From: an uncultured Candidatus Saccharibacteria bacterium
GTDB taxonomy: Bacteria > Patescibacteriota > Minisyncoccia > UBA6257 > GWB1-50-10
DNA length: 46,809 nt
Reading direction: 5' to 3'
NCBI GenBank assembly: GCA_964366055.1
Contig: CAYISE010000003.1
Span: forward strand, 1 to 46,809
Shown: positions 39,959 to 46,809 of the stretch, one piece after another
Position numbering within the stretch: position 1 is the stretch's first letter
How the letters are laid out: each line of letters opens with the position of its first letter
Program-made: the position numbers and the translations under genes
Notes under the pieces: model-generated
Database searches by the model: none
Told to the model about the DNA's origin: nothing
The model's input: only the letters and a program-made list of their open reading frames with translations

Positions 39959-40404
39959 ATTTTGAATTTTATCACCCGTTCGTTTTCTTTTCGGCCGTGC
40001 CGGAATTCCAGCCACCGCGTTTTCTTCGGTAGCGCCTTTTTTATTCTCTCCCCCCACTCTATCAGAACGATGCTTCGGGGCAGGGAAAGGATTTTTTTGA
40101 ATCCAAGCGGCTCAAGTTCGCTCAGTTTTTTTATCCGATAGGCGTCCATATGAAAGAAATGTTTGTAGCGAATAGTTTGTAGTTTGTAGTGCCGGAAAAT
40201 CAGAAACGTCGGGCTGGTGATTTTGTTTTTTAATTTTAATCCCTCGGCAAAGCCCTGAATGAAGGTGGTTTTGCCGCCGCCCAGGTTTCCTTCAAGAGCG
40301 ACTACAACAGCATTCCCGTTTTTGGTCTTCAGAACTTCTTTCGCTAGAAGTTCGCCCAGTTTTTTCGTCTCAAGCGGGGAGTAAGTGATAACTTTCATCC
40401 CCAA
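39955..40404 (-). CDS. tsaE: tRNA threonylcarbamoyladenosine biosynthesis ATPase TsaE
   Basis: P-loop GNLGGGKTTF, SPTF and HMDAYR motifs. Confidence 0.88.
   Translation of the reverse strand: MGMKVITYSPLETKKLGELLAKEVLKTKNGNAVVVALEGNLGGGKTTFIQGFAEGLKLKNKITSPTFLIFRHYKLQTIRYKHFFHMDAYRIKKLSELEPLGFKKILSLPRSIVLIEWGERIKKALPKKTRWLEFRHGRKENERVIKFKI
40162..40189. repeat. Heptanucleotide repeats inside tsaE: TTTGTAG CGAATAG TTTGTAG TTTGTAG
   Basis: Read directly. In frame on the - strand, encoding ...RHYKLQTIRYKH.... Same unit as in tsaD. Confidence 0.85.
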
Positions 40405-40406
40405 TC

Positions 40407-41408
40407 TTAAATTAGTTTCTTGTCGCGGGGAATCTTCAAGTGCTCATAGGCGAGCGGGGTCGCGATTCGGCCCAGCGGTGAGCGATGCAATAAGCCCAGT
40501 TTCATCAAGAATGGTTCATAAACACCCTCAATGGTTTCCATTTCCTCATTCAGGCCCGCGGCGAGGGTCTTCAAACCCACTGGCCCGCCATTGAACTTTT
40601 TTATGATAATTCTCAAAAGTTCCCGGTCGGTTTCCTCAAGCCCCAGTTCGTCAACGTCCAGCATTTCCAGGATTTTATGAATGGTCTCCTCATCTATGTT
40701 TTTTTGCTGGTACACTTGGGCGTAATCCCGGGCGCGTTTCAGGAGACGATTGGCCGTCCGCGGCGTAAAGCGCGAAGCCCGGGCGAGTTTCGCCACCGCC
40801 TCTTTTGTAATTTTCACGCCCAGGATTTGCGCCGACCGCCCGATAATTTTCTCAATGTCCTCGGGTTGATAGTAGTCCAGACGGAAAGTGGCGCCGAAGC
40901 GGGAACGGAGCGGCGCGGAAAGAGGGCTGATTCTCGTCGTCGCGCCGATTACCGTGAAGGGCGGCAAATCCAAACTGAAGGTTTTGGCCGAAGGACCCTT
41001 GCCCACGATCAGGTGCAGTTTGCGGCTCTCAAGCGCGGGATACAGAATTTCTTCCACCAGTTTGTTGATGCGATGGATTTCGTCAATGAAAAGAATCTCG
41101 TTGGGTTCCAGATTGCTTAAGATGGCGGCGATGTCGCCCGCCCGCTCAAGCGCGGGACCGGAGGTGGAGCGCACATTCACATTCATCTCTTTGCCCACGA
41201 TGTAGGCGAGGGTGGTTTTTCCCAAACCGGCTTGGCCGTAAAAAAGAAGATGGTCGGCGGTTTCGTTGCGGCCCTTCGCCGCGTCAATGATAAGCCGCAG
41301 ATTGGTTTTTACTTTTTCCTGGCCGATGTAATCCTCCCAGCGGCCGGGCCTTAACAGAAGCTCCAGGTTTTTTTCCTCGTTATTGGTTTTTTTTATCTCT
41401 TTTTCCAT
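40407..41408 (-). CDS. ruvB: Holliday junction branch migration ATPase RuvB
   Basis: Walker A GQAGLGKTTLA, Walker B LFIDEIHR, and sensor regions. TATAAA lies 6 nt upstream of the ATG. Confidence 0.95.
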   Translation of the reverse strand: MEKEIKKTNNEEKNLELLLRPGRWEDYIGQEKVKTNLRLIIDAAKGRNETADHLLFYGQAGLGKTTLAYIVGKEMNVNVRSTSGPALERAGDIAAILSNLEPNEILFIDEIHRINKLVEEILYPALESRKLHLIVGKGPSAKTFSLDLPPFTVIGATTRISPLSAPLRSRFGATFRLDYYQPEDIEKIIGRSAQILGVKITKEAVAKLARASRFTPRTANRLLKRARDYAQVYQQKNIDEETIHKILEMLDVDELGLEETDRELLRIIIKKFNGGPVGLKTLAAGLNEEMETIEGVYEPFLMKLGLLHRSPLGRIATPLAYEHLKIPRDKKLI

Positions 41409-41420
41409 ATTTTCTTTATA

Positions 41421-41449
41421 TTGACATTTAAAACTATTTATGCTAGTAT
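41421..41449 (+). promoter_or_regulatory. Near-consensus sigma70-type promoter: TTGACA (41421-41426), 17-nt spacer, TG-C-TAGTAT (extended -10, 41441-41449)
   Basis: Read directly. It points into the ruvB-pilB intergenic region, where there is no + strand CDS. Confidence 0.6.
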
Positions 41450-41456
41450 GGTTTAG

Positions 41457-41590
41457 AATTTTAATGAGAGACCTGTGGGCACCGAGAGTTTTCCTAGCCC
41501 CGGATCACCTGGTTTCGGCTGGGTGACTCCTCGGAAAATTTTTAAACGCCTTCTCAAACCCGGCGAACTGCCCACAGATCTTTCGTTGGA
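41457..41590 (+). ncRNA. Candidate small structured RNA (about 130 nt) downstream of the 41421 promoter
   Basis: Closing helix CCTGTGGGCA (41472-41481) / TGCCCACAG (41569-41577); CCGAG (41482-41486) / CTCGG (41530-41534); inner hairpin TCACCTGG-TTTCGG-CTGGGTGA with two G-U pairs that only work on the + strand. The 66-aa track ORF here shows no coding features. Family unknown, ends approximate. Confidence 0.4.
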
Positions 41591-41601
41591 ATTTCTCCTT
41601 C

Positions 41602-43308
41602 CTATGCCGGCCAAACGATTTGGCCGGTTAATCGTTCCACCTCCTCAAAACTCGTTACGCCCGCGAATATTTTAAGAAGCCCGTCCTCTTGCATCGTAAC
41701 CATTCCCTGTTTCCCGGCCAGATTTTTTAGTTGTATCTCGGTCGGGTTTTGGTAAATCGCCGCTTCAATCTCCTCGTCAATCAAAAGCAGTTCAAAAATG
41801 GAGGTGCGCCCCCTATAGCCCAGGCGGCCGCATTTGTCGCAACCCTTCGCCTCAAAAATTTCGTATTTCCCGTAGTCGCTTTTCTTGACTCGGGCGGGGA
41901 GAGCGGCAATGAATTTTCTGATTTTATCTTCCAATCCCGCGTCTGTTTTTTTCCGAGTCCGGCACTCCGGGCAGAGCCGGCGCACCAGCCGCTGGGCGAT
42001 GATTAAGTTCAATGCCGGCCCCAGGATATTGGTCTGGATTTCCAGGTCCAGGAGCCGCGGAATGGCGCCCACGGCATCGTTCGTATGAAGAGTTGAGAAG
42101 ACGATATGGCCGGTCAGCGAGGCGTTTAAGGCGATTTCGGCTGTTTCTTTGTCGCGGATTTCGCCCACCAGAATGACGTTCGGGTCCTGCCGTAGGATGG
42201 AGCGCAAACCCGAGGCGAAGGTGTAACCGGCGCCCGGGTCCACCTGGGTCTGGGAAATACCGGGCAGGTGATATTCAATCGGGTCCTCCACGGTGATGAT
42301 TTTTATCTCCGGCCGGGTCACCCTCTTCAAGAAAGCGTAGAGCGTCGTCGTCTTGCCAGAACCGGTGGGGCCGGTATTCAGAATGAGACCATTGGGTTTT
42401 TTAATTTCTTTTTCCACAATCGCGAGGTCGTCGGCGCGCCAGCCCAGGTCTTCCAGATTCACCTTAAGCGAGGCCGGGTCCAAAAGCCGGAGCACGGCCG
42501 TCTCCCCGTATTCCGAGGGGATGAGCGAGGTTCGGATTTCAATGGAGCGGTCTTTCAAAGAAATCGTGAAGCGGCCGTCTTGTGGCTGGTTTTGGAGATT
42601 CAGTTTCAGATTGGAAAGAAGCTTGACGCGGGTGATGACGGATTTGTAGACGGTCCGGTTAAATTCGGAAAAAACGGTGTGGAGCAAACCGTCAATCCGC
42701 AAACGCAAATCGCCGGCCTTCTCGGTGGGTTCCAGATGAATGTCGGAGGCGCCGAGGGCCATCGCGCCGCTCAAAATAATTTCCAAAATCTGGGAAGTGT
42801 AGGGACCCTTGAAATCCTGAATGCTTTTCGTGAGATCATCCAGGCATTTGATGATACTTTGGGTCTCGTGAAGTTTGGCTTCGTCAATGTTCACACTGCC
42901 GCTGATGTCTTTCAGAGGCACGATGTATTGGTAGTAGTCCCAGGCGTGTTTCAAACCGGAGAGAGAACCCACCACCACCTTAACTTCGTATTTCTTTTTG
43001 AGCTCCTCAATTATTTTTTTTGCTCTCGGTTCTATCGGGTCAAAAGCGGCCACGATGAGCGTCTTCCTCACGAGTTGCAGGGGGACGAGAAGAGCCACTC
43101 GGGCTTCTTCCTCGGGAACGAGCATCATCGCTTTGATTTCGGAGGGCACCTTGGCGGAAATGAGGTTCAGATAATCCAGGCCGTATTTTTCGGCCCGCCT
43201 TTGAGCGTCTTTTTCCTCCGCCTCCCGCCTCTGTTTCTGAAGTTGCTCCGCCAGGTCTTTTGATTTGAGCATTAATTTAATTCTATCTTGTTTGGGGCTC
43301 GGCTTCAA
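41602..43308 (-). CDS. pilB: PilB/GspE-family secretion ATPase (type IV pilus / type II secretion)
   Basis: Walker A GPTGSGKTTTLYA, Asp box, Walker B ILVGEIRD, His box, and the tetracysteine motif CPEC...CDKC. The track start is TTG at 43308; an alternative ATG lies at 43272. Confidence 0.92.
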   Translation of the reverse strand: MKPSPKQDRIKLMLKSKDLAEQLQKQRREAEEKDAQRRAEKYGLDYLNLISAKVPSEIKAMMLVPEEEARVALLVPLQLVRKTLIVAAFDPIEPRAKKIIEELKKKYEVKVVVGSLSGLKHAWDYYQYIVPLKDISGSVNIDEAKLHETQSIIKCLDDLTKSIQDFKGPYTSQILEIILSGAMALGASDIHLEPTEKAGDLRLRIDGLLHTVFSEFNRTVYKSVITRVKLLSNLKLNLQNQPQDGRFTISLKDRSIEIRTSLIPSEYGETAVLRLLDPASLKVNLEDLGWRADDLAIVEKEIKKPNGLILNTGPTGSGKTTTLYAFLKRVTRPEIKIITVEDPIEYHLPGISQTQVDPGAGYTFASGLRSILRQDPNVILVGEIRDKETAEIALNASLTGHIVFSTLHTNDAVGAIPRLLDLEIQTNILGPALNLIIAQRLVRRLCPECRTRKKTDAGLEDKIRKFIAALPARVKKSDYGKYEIFEAKGCDKCGRLGYRGRTSIFELLLIDEEIEAAIYQNPTEIQLKNLAGKQGMVTMQEDGLLKIFAGVTSFEEVERLTGQIVWPA

Positions 43309-43399
43309 TGTTTTATACTAGTGCGCATTGATCTTACCTTTTGCTGGAAGAAACGAACCATTGGTGCCGCGAGATATACGCCGAGATCGTCTTCGTCCC

Positions 43400-43428
43400 T
43401 TGACTCAATAATCCAAAACAGATAAAAT
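43400..43428 (+). promoter_or_regulatory. Sigma70-like promoter for rpsT: TTGACT, 17-nt spacer, TAAAAT
   Basis: Read directly. The ATG lies 12 nt after the -10 box. Confidence 0.55.
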
Positions 43429-43440
43429 GGGATCACTCAA

Positions 43441-43698
43441 ATGCCAATCACGAAGTCGGCCGAAAAAGCGCTCCGTCAGAATTTGCGCCGCCACGGGCTC
43501 AATCTGGAACGCAAGAAAAAAATGCATGCGACCTTGAAACATTTTAAAAAACTGGTGGCCGCCGGCAAACCCGATGAAGCCAAAAAATATCTGCCCCAGG
43601 TCTATAAAACCCTGGATAAAACAACCAAGGTGGGATTGATCAAACGCGGCAAAGCCGACCGGCTGAAGTCCCGCCTGTCAAAAAAACTGCCAAAATAG
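43441..43698 (+). CDS. rpsT: 30S ribosomal protein S20
   Basis: 85 aa and basic, with the PITKSAEKALRQNLRR N-terminus typical of S20. Confidence 0.92.
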   Translation: MPITKSAEKALRQNLRRHGLNLERKKKMHATLKHFKKLVAAGKPDEAKKYLPQVYKTLDKTTKVGLIKRGKADRLKSRLSKKLPK

Positions 43699-43721
43699 AC
43701 AGTTTCTCTGAATTTAATATC

Positions 43722-43761
43722 TTACTATCCCATCAAGACGATCGTCTTAATGGGATAGTAA
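43722..43761. terminator. 40-nt hairpin TTACTATCCCAT-C-AAGAC-GATC-GTCTT-A-ATGGGATAGTAA between convergent rpsT and holA
   Basis: 12-bp outer stem plus a 5-6-bp inner stem. Followed by AAAAAC on the + strand. May act as a bidirectional terminator. Confidence 0.55.
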
Positions 43762-43777
43762 AAACAATTACGAGCAA

Positions 43778-44584
43778 TTACGGTAGTACAAAATCCAGAA
43801 GCGCCTCTTCATAATCCAGATTGCCGCTCTTGATGACGATGTCATAATCGGCCATTCTCACCAATTCTTTCCCTTTAGCCAGAAAGGCCAGTGAATTGAA
43901 AATGTGAGCCGGCTCTTTTTTTTGAAGCAGAAGACACTCCAATAATTTCGCCTTTTGAATCCAATCCCGCGACCACATAATTTGCTTGGCTGTTTCAAAA
44001 ACCTCGTCCTGGGGAGCGTAAGCAATGACGCTCTTCAAATCGTCGGACTTTATCGGTTCGGATAAACCCAAGAGAGAAATTTTGTTTAATTCGTTTATAA
44101 TCACCCAGCTTCGTTCCGCCGCCGCGGCGAAATAATCCAACAGAAAAATCCAGGCCTCTTTTTCAAAATGAAGTCCCCGTACTGCCGTTTCCCTTTTTAC
44201 GAAAAGTTCCAAGAACTGGCCTTCCAATTCCCCGAAGAAGTCCTTTTTGACCGGTGATTCTGTCAAAAACTCAAAGGCCTTCAGCGGGTTTTTCGCGTCG
44301 GAAATCATAATAAAAACGCGCGGGGTCTCCAGATTGGATTTTAAAATTTTTACCCATTCTTTCTCCGCGACCGCTCCGCTTTCTTTTATCACCAGCACCT
44401 TGGAATCAACAAACATTGAGGGCTGGTTCAAAAAGTCCCGGGCTTTAATCCAACCCTCCGGCTCTTCCGCCAAATCAAAAACCGCGAGGTCCGTCATGGA
44501 ACGTTTCTTTTTATATTCGGCGATTGAAGAATTCAGCCCCTTATTCCGCCGGTATGAGTCCGGCCCGTAGAAATAATATAACAC
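43778..44584 (-). CDS. holA: DNA polymerase III delta subunit (HolA)-like, short (268 aa)
   Basis: N-terminus YYFYGPDSY plus conserved neighbourhood with rpsT (adjacent, oppositely oriented; here convergent). Sequence similarity was judged by eye only. Confidence 0.6.
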   Translation of the reverse strand: MLYYFYGPDSYRRNKGLNSSIAEYKKKRSMTDLAVFDLAEEPEGWIKARDFLNQPSMFVDSKVLVIKESGAVAEKEWVKILKSNLETPRVFIMISDAKNPLKAFEFLTESPVKKDFFGELEGQFLELFVKRETAVRGLHFEKEAWIFLLDYFAAAAERSWVIINELNKISLLGLSEPIKSDDLKSVIAYAPQDEVFETAKQIMWSRDWIQKAKLLECLLLQKKEPAHIFNSLAFLAKGKELVRMADYDIVIKSGNLDYEEALLDFVLP

Positions 44585-44609
44585 GATGGATTTTTAAATT
44601 TTATAATTT

Positions 44610-45491
44610 TTAAACTTGGCAGTGCGGACAAAAATGCGCCGAGCGTTGGCTAATCTTGATTCTCTTGATTTTTCTGCCGCAACGCCGGCACGCCTCGCCC
44701 TCCCTATGATAAACCTGATGCCGGGTTTGGTAAAAACCGCGCCGGCCCGAGGGAACACGGTAGTCGTCCACCGAGGAGCCACGGAGTTTAATGGCGTTCT
44801 TTAAGACCAACCGGAGGGAGTTATAAAGTCGCCAAAGCTCGGATTTGTTTAGACCCTGAATCGGCCTCAAGGGATGAAGGCGGGCCTGCCACAGGGATTC
44901 ATCCGCATAGATATTGCCCACTCCGCTTAGAAAATTCTGGTCCAGTAAGACCGGTTTTATTTTTCCTCTTCTATTTTTAAAAAGTTCACGGAATTTGGAA
45001 AAGGTGAAACCCGGAGCAATCGGCTCCGGACCCAGTTCTTTCAACTCCGGCATACTCAAAATTTCTTTTTCGGGACCCAAAATCAATTTCGCGAATCTCC
45101 TCAAATCCGAGAGCGCGAGCATTTCACCGCCGTTCAGAAAAAAGATCAGGCGGATGAAGCGGTTTTTCTCATCCCCCAGCGGACTTTTGCGCTCTGCCGG
45201 TATCCACTCACCGCGCTTTGAATTTTCCCGCCAGCGGCCGACCAAAAAATGGCCGGTCATTTTCTGGTGCGCGAGCATTATGTATCCGCCCGAGAGATAA
45301 AAGAGAATATTTTTGCCTTTCCTCCCGACCGAAAGGATTTTCCGGCTGAGAATCATTCTCTTAAAATTCTTCTCGCCCTTCGGCTCTTTGAAATACTTGG
45401 GCCAGTCAGTCCAGATGTCTTTTATAATCCAACCCCTCACTTTTTTATTAAGATGGGTCGCGGTGGTGTGAACCTCGGGAAGTTCCGGCAT
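44610..45491 (-). CDS. mutM: Formamidopyrimidine-DNA glycosylase (Fpg/MutM)
   Basis: MPELPEV catalytic N-terminus, H2TH region, and C-terminal zinc finger CRRCGRKI...CPHCQ. Confidence 0.9.
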   Translation of the reverse strand: MPELPEVHTTATHLNKKVRGWIIKDIWTDWPKYFKEPKGEKNFKRMILSRKILSVGRKGKNILFYLSGGYIMLAHQKMTGHFLVGRWRENSKRGEWIPAERKSPLGDEKNRFIRLIFFLNGGEMLALSDLRRFAKLILGPEKEILSMPELKELGPEPIAPGFTFSKFRELFKNRRGKIKPVLLDQNFLSGVGNIYADESLWQARLHPLRPIQGLNKSELWRLYNSLRLVLKNAIKLRGSSVDDYRVPSGRRGFYQTRHQVYHREGEACRRCGRKIKRIKISQRSAHFCPHCQV

Positions 45492-45506
45492 TCTAGATAT
45501 CGTAGC

Positions 45507-45543
45507 AAAAAATATACCGCGGCCAAAATTTCTTGGTCGCGGT
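45507..45543 (-). terminator. Rho-independent terminator on the - strand: ACCGCGACCAA-GAAATT-TTGGCCGCGGT + ATATTTTTT
   Basis: 11-bp stem (one G-U) followed by a T-tract. Lies downstream of the lipoprotein gene and only 16 nt upstream of the mutM ATG. Confidence 0.7.
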
Positions 45544-45547
45544 CAAT

Positions 45548-45570
45548 ATTAGGAAGTCGGACTTCCTAAT
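45548..45570. repeat. Palindrome ATTAGGAAGTC-G-GACTTCCTAAT
   Basis: 11-bp arms. Its core TAGGAAGT/ACTTCCTA resembles the in-frame tsaD element at 8831-8868. Confidence 0.85.
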
Positions 45571-45573
45571 ACA

Positions 45574-46389
45574 TTAGTAGCGTCTAATGCTACTGGGAAT
45601 CAGAAGAACCTGCTGGGCGCGCGGGCCATCTGGGCTGATATAAAACTCAATTGGGTCCGCATATCCCACAAATCTCCCTCGGTCAATGAAGATGGCTTGG
45701 CGGATAATCCTCCCGGAGCGATACATATCAAAGGTGGTGCTCCGGTAGATGCCACCGGGTTTTACGACGGCATCGGCATTGGAAACGCTAAGTCCAAGAA
45801 GGTCCGAGATTCTCCCCTTCGTTCTGCTTTCGCGAACGATAAAATCAAACAACGTCCCGTTGATTATCTCAACGACATTGGTTGATTTAGTCGCAATCCT
45901 AGGAATGTTCACCTCCTTGTCCATTCCTAGATCGGGTTGCGGATAGGGCGACACATGGGAAGAATAACCTCGCCAGCCCCCGTCCAGAAAGAAGATTTGG
46001 TTCACCAGCCATACGGTGGGCTGATCTCTCCGGATTTCCAAAACTCTTTGGGCAACCCCGACAAGATTTACGTGATCCTTGTCAGTGAAAGCCCTGATAG
46101 TAACCGGCAATTGAGACCAATCAAACTCAACGTGCCAGGAATCATGAATTGATCCACTTGGCTCAATATTGAAAGTGGAATTAAGAATCGCCACTTCAAA
46201 ATAGAATGGGGTGGGGTTCCCAATCATAACACTCGTTGCCGGGCCGAGATCCAGTCCGGTGACGGAATTGATGATGTCCCCCAAAAATTCCGCGCCACCG
46301 GAGGAGCGGATGGTTATTCCCATCGGGGAGCAACCAAAAAGGGTAGTTGCAAAGAAACCAAGAATAGCAAGAGACAGATTCTTTTTCAT
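45574..46389 (-). CDS. Hypothetical lipoprotein (271 aa)
   Basis: Signal peptide with the lipobox LFGC, and GAAGGGAG 7 nt upstream of the ATG. No family recognised. Confidence 0.65.
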   Translation of the reverse strand: MKKNLSLAILGFFATTLFGCSPMGITIRSSGGAEFLGDIINSVTGLDLGPATSVMIGNPTPFYFEVAILNSTFNIEPSGSIHDSWHVEFDWSQLPVTIRAFTDKDHVNLVGVAQRVLEIRRDQPTVWLVNQIFFLDGGWRGYSSHVSPYPQPDLGMDKEVNIPRIATKSTNVVEIINGTLFDFIVRESRTKGRISDLLGLSVSNADAVVKPGGIYRSTTFDMYRSGRIIRQAIFIDRGRFVGYADPIEFYISPDGPRAQQVLLIPSSIRRY

Positions 46390-46437
46390 AAGATACTCCC
46401 TTCATGATAGTTTTTTGTTATTTAGTTTACTGTTCTC

Positions 46438-46466
46438 ATTATACTACCAAATAGTATATTTGTCAA
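46438..46466 (-). promoter_or_regulatory. Consensus sigma70 promoter on the - strand: TTGACA (46466-46461), 17-nt spacer, TATAAT (46443-46438)
   Basis: Read directly. Lies about 45 nt upstream of the lipoprotein ATG. Confidence 0.7.
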
Positions 46467-46503
46467 ATACAAAACTCATCTCATAATCTCTCACTTCCTA
46501 ACG

Positions 46504-46562
46504 CTTAACAAACATAACGATCGTTAGAATTGTTAAGTTCTTACGGAATTGAACTCCGTAAG
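46504..46562. other. Two tandem hairpins: CTTAACAA...TAAC-GATC-GTTA...TTGTTAAG (46504-46537) and CTTACGGA-ATTGAAC-TCCGTAAG (46540-46562)
   Basis: Read directly, in the divergent lipoprotein/ruvA intergenic region. Confidence 0.6.
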
Positions 46563-46644
46563 ATTTAGAACGCTTCAATCAGGGAATTTGATAGCGTGTT
46601 TTCGGAGGAAAGGATTTCTTCTATAATGAAGGTGATCAAATTTT

Positions 46645-46809
46645 ATGATTCACACTTTGTCGGGAAGAATTACGGAACGGAGCGACGGCTATGTCGTGGT
46701 GGAGACGGGCGGCATCGGCTTCAAGGTTTTTACCAACGCGAGAGCGGCCGCCGGCGCGCCGGCGGGCGGGGCGGTGAGAATTTTTTCTCATCTTTACGTC
46801 CGGGAGGAT
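46645..46809 (+). CDS. ruvA: Holliday junction DNA helicase RuvA (5' partial, runs off the window)
   Basis: Not in the ORF track. My translation is MIHTLSGRITERSDGYVVVETGGIGFKVFTNARAAAGAPAGGAVRIFSHLYVRED, matching the RuvA OB-fold N-terminus. TATAAT lies at 46622-46627 and AAGGTGA 9 nt upstream of the ATG. Confidence 0.85.
   Translation, partial: MIHTLSGRITERSDGYVVVETGGIGFKVFTNARAAAGAPAGGAVRIFSHLYVRED

Noticed and set aside
39959-40057. N-terminal 33-codon extension of polA (track ORF start 40057)
   Set aside because: It would overlap the 3' end of tsaE by about 100 nt. The 5'-nuclease homology starts at MKKLLLIDAN (ATG 39958), which forms an ATGA overlap with the tsaE stop.
42268-43263. 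331-aa ORF on the + strand
   Set aside because: It is antisense to pilB, which has all the secretion-ATPase motifs. The translation is G/R/F/V-rich with no recognisable domain.
1-46809. Alternative genetic code (UGA recoding as in Gracilibacteria/SR1)
   Set aside because: Conserved genes end at TGA at the expected family length (murD at 4270, tsaE at 39955, the kinase at 36285). No conserved protein is interrupted by an in-frame TGA. The standard code 11 fits.

Overview
This 46.8-kb chromosomal window reads like a reduced-genome Candidate Phyla Radiation (Patescibacteria/Parcubacteria-type) bacterium. That assignment is an inference from short housekeeping proteins, tight gene packing and a CPR-typical T4SS-pilin-like domain. 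Most of the window is core machinery. It includes nusA, murD, hsp20, a PrsW-like protease, valS, tsaD, recO, a DksA/TraR zinc finger, comM/yifB, an M23 peptidase and rsmA. It also holds the origin-type cluster jag-yidC-rnpA-rpmH / dnaA-dnaN, then a class A PBP, ruvC, a PAS histidine kinase, polA, tsaE, ruvB, pilB, rpsT, holA, mutM and the 5' end of ruvA. No rRNA, tRNA, CRISPR array, transposase or integrase was seen. The accessory-looking block is an 11-gene co-directional operon (17329-28945) built around a split VirB4-like ATPase, a PrgI/VirB3-like protein and a VirB6/TrbL-like polytopic protein. It also encodes a protein that fuses a T4SS-pilin-like N-terminus to a C-terminal M15/VanY-like peptidoglycan peptidase, plus six ORFs I cannot place. 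It has no VirD4, relaxase or integrase. A TrpR/YerC-like regulator lies just upstream. That regulator and its paralogue at 816-1199 are each bracketed by two copies of their own private palindrome. Other signals that ordinary annotation does not explain: (i) AT-rich heptanucleotide tandem repeats embedded in frame in four essential genes (valS, tsaD, rsmA, tsaE); (ii) a nested palindromic element in frame in tsaD, with a relative in an intergenic region; (iii) a roughly 190-nt, highly structured non-coding island upstream of the DksA-like gene; (iv) a near-consensus promoter driving a structured roughly 130-nt intergenic RNA candidate between ruvB and pilB; (v) a 15-bp perfect inverted repeat joining the polA stop region to the kinase start region; (vi) repeated TGATATAAT-N6-ATG arrangements that suggest leaderless mRNAs. 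All family assignments come from reading motifs in the translations. No database search was run.
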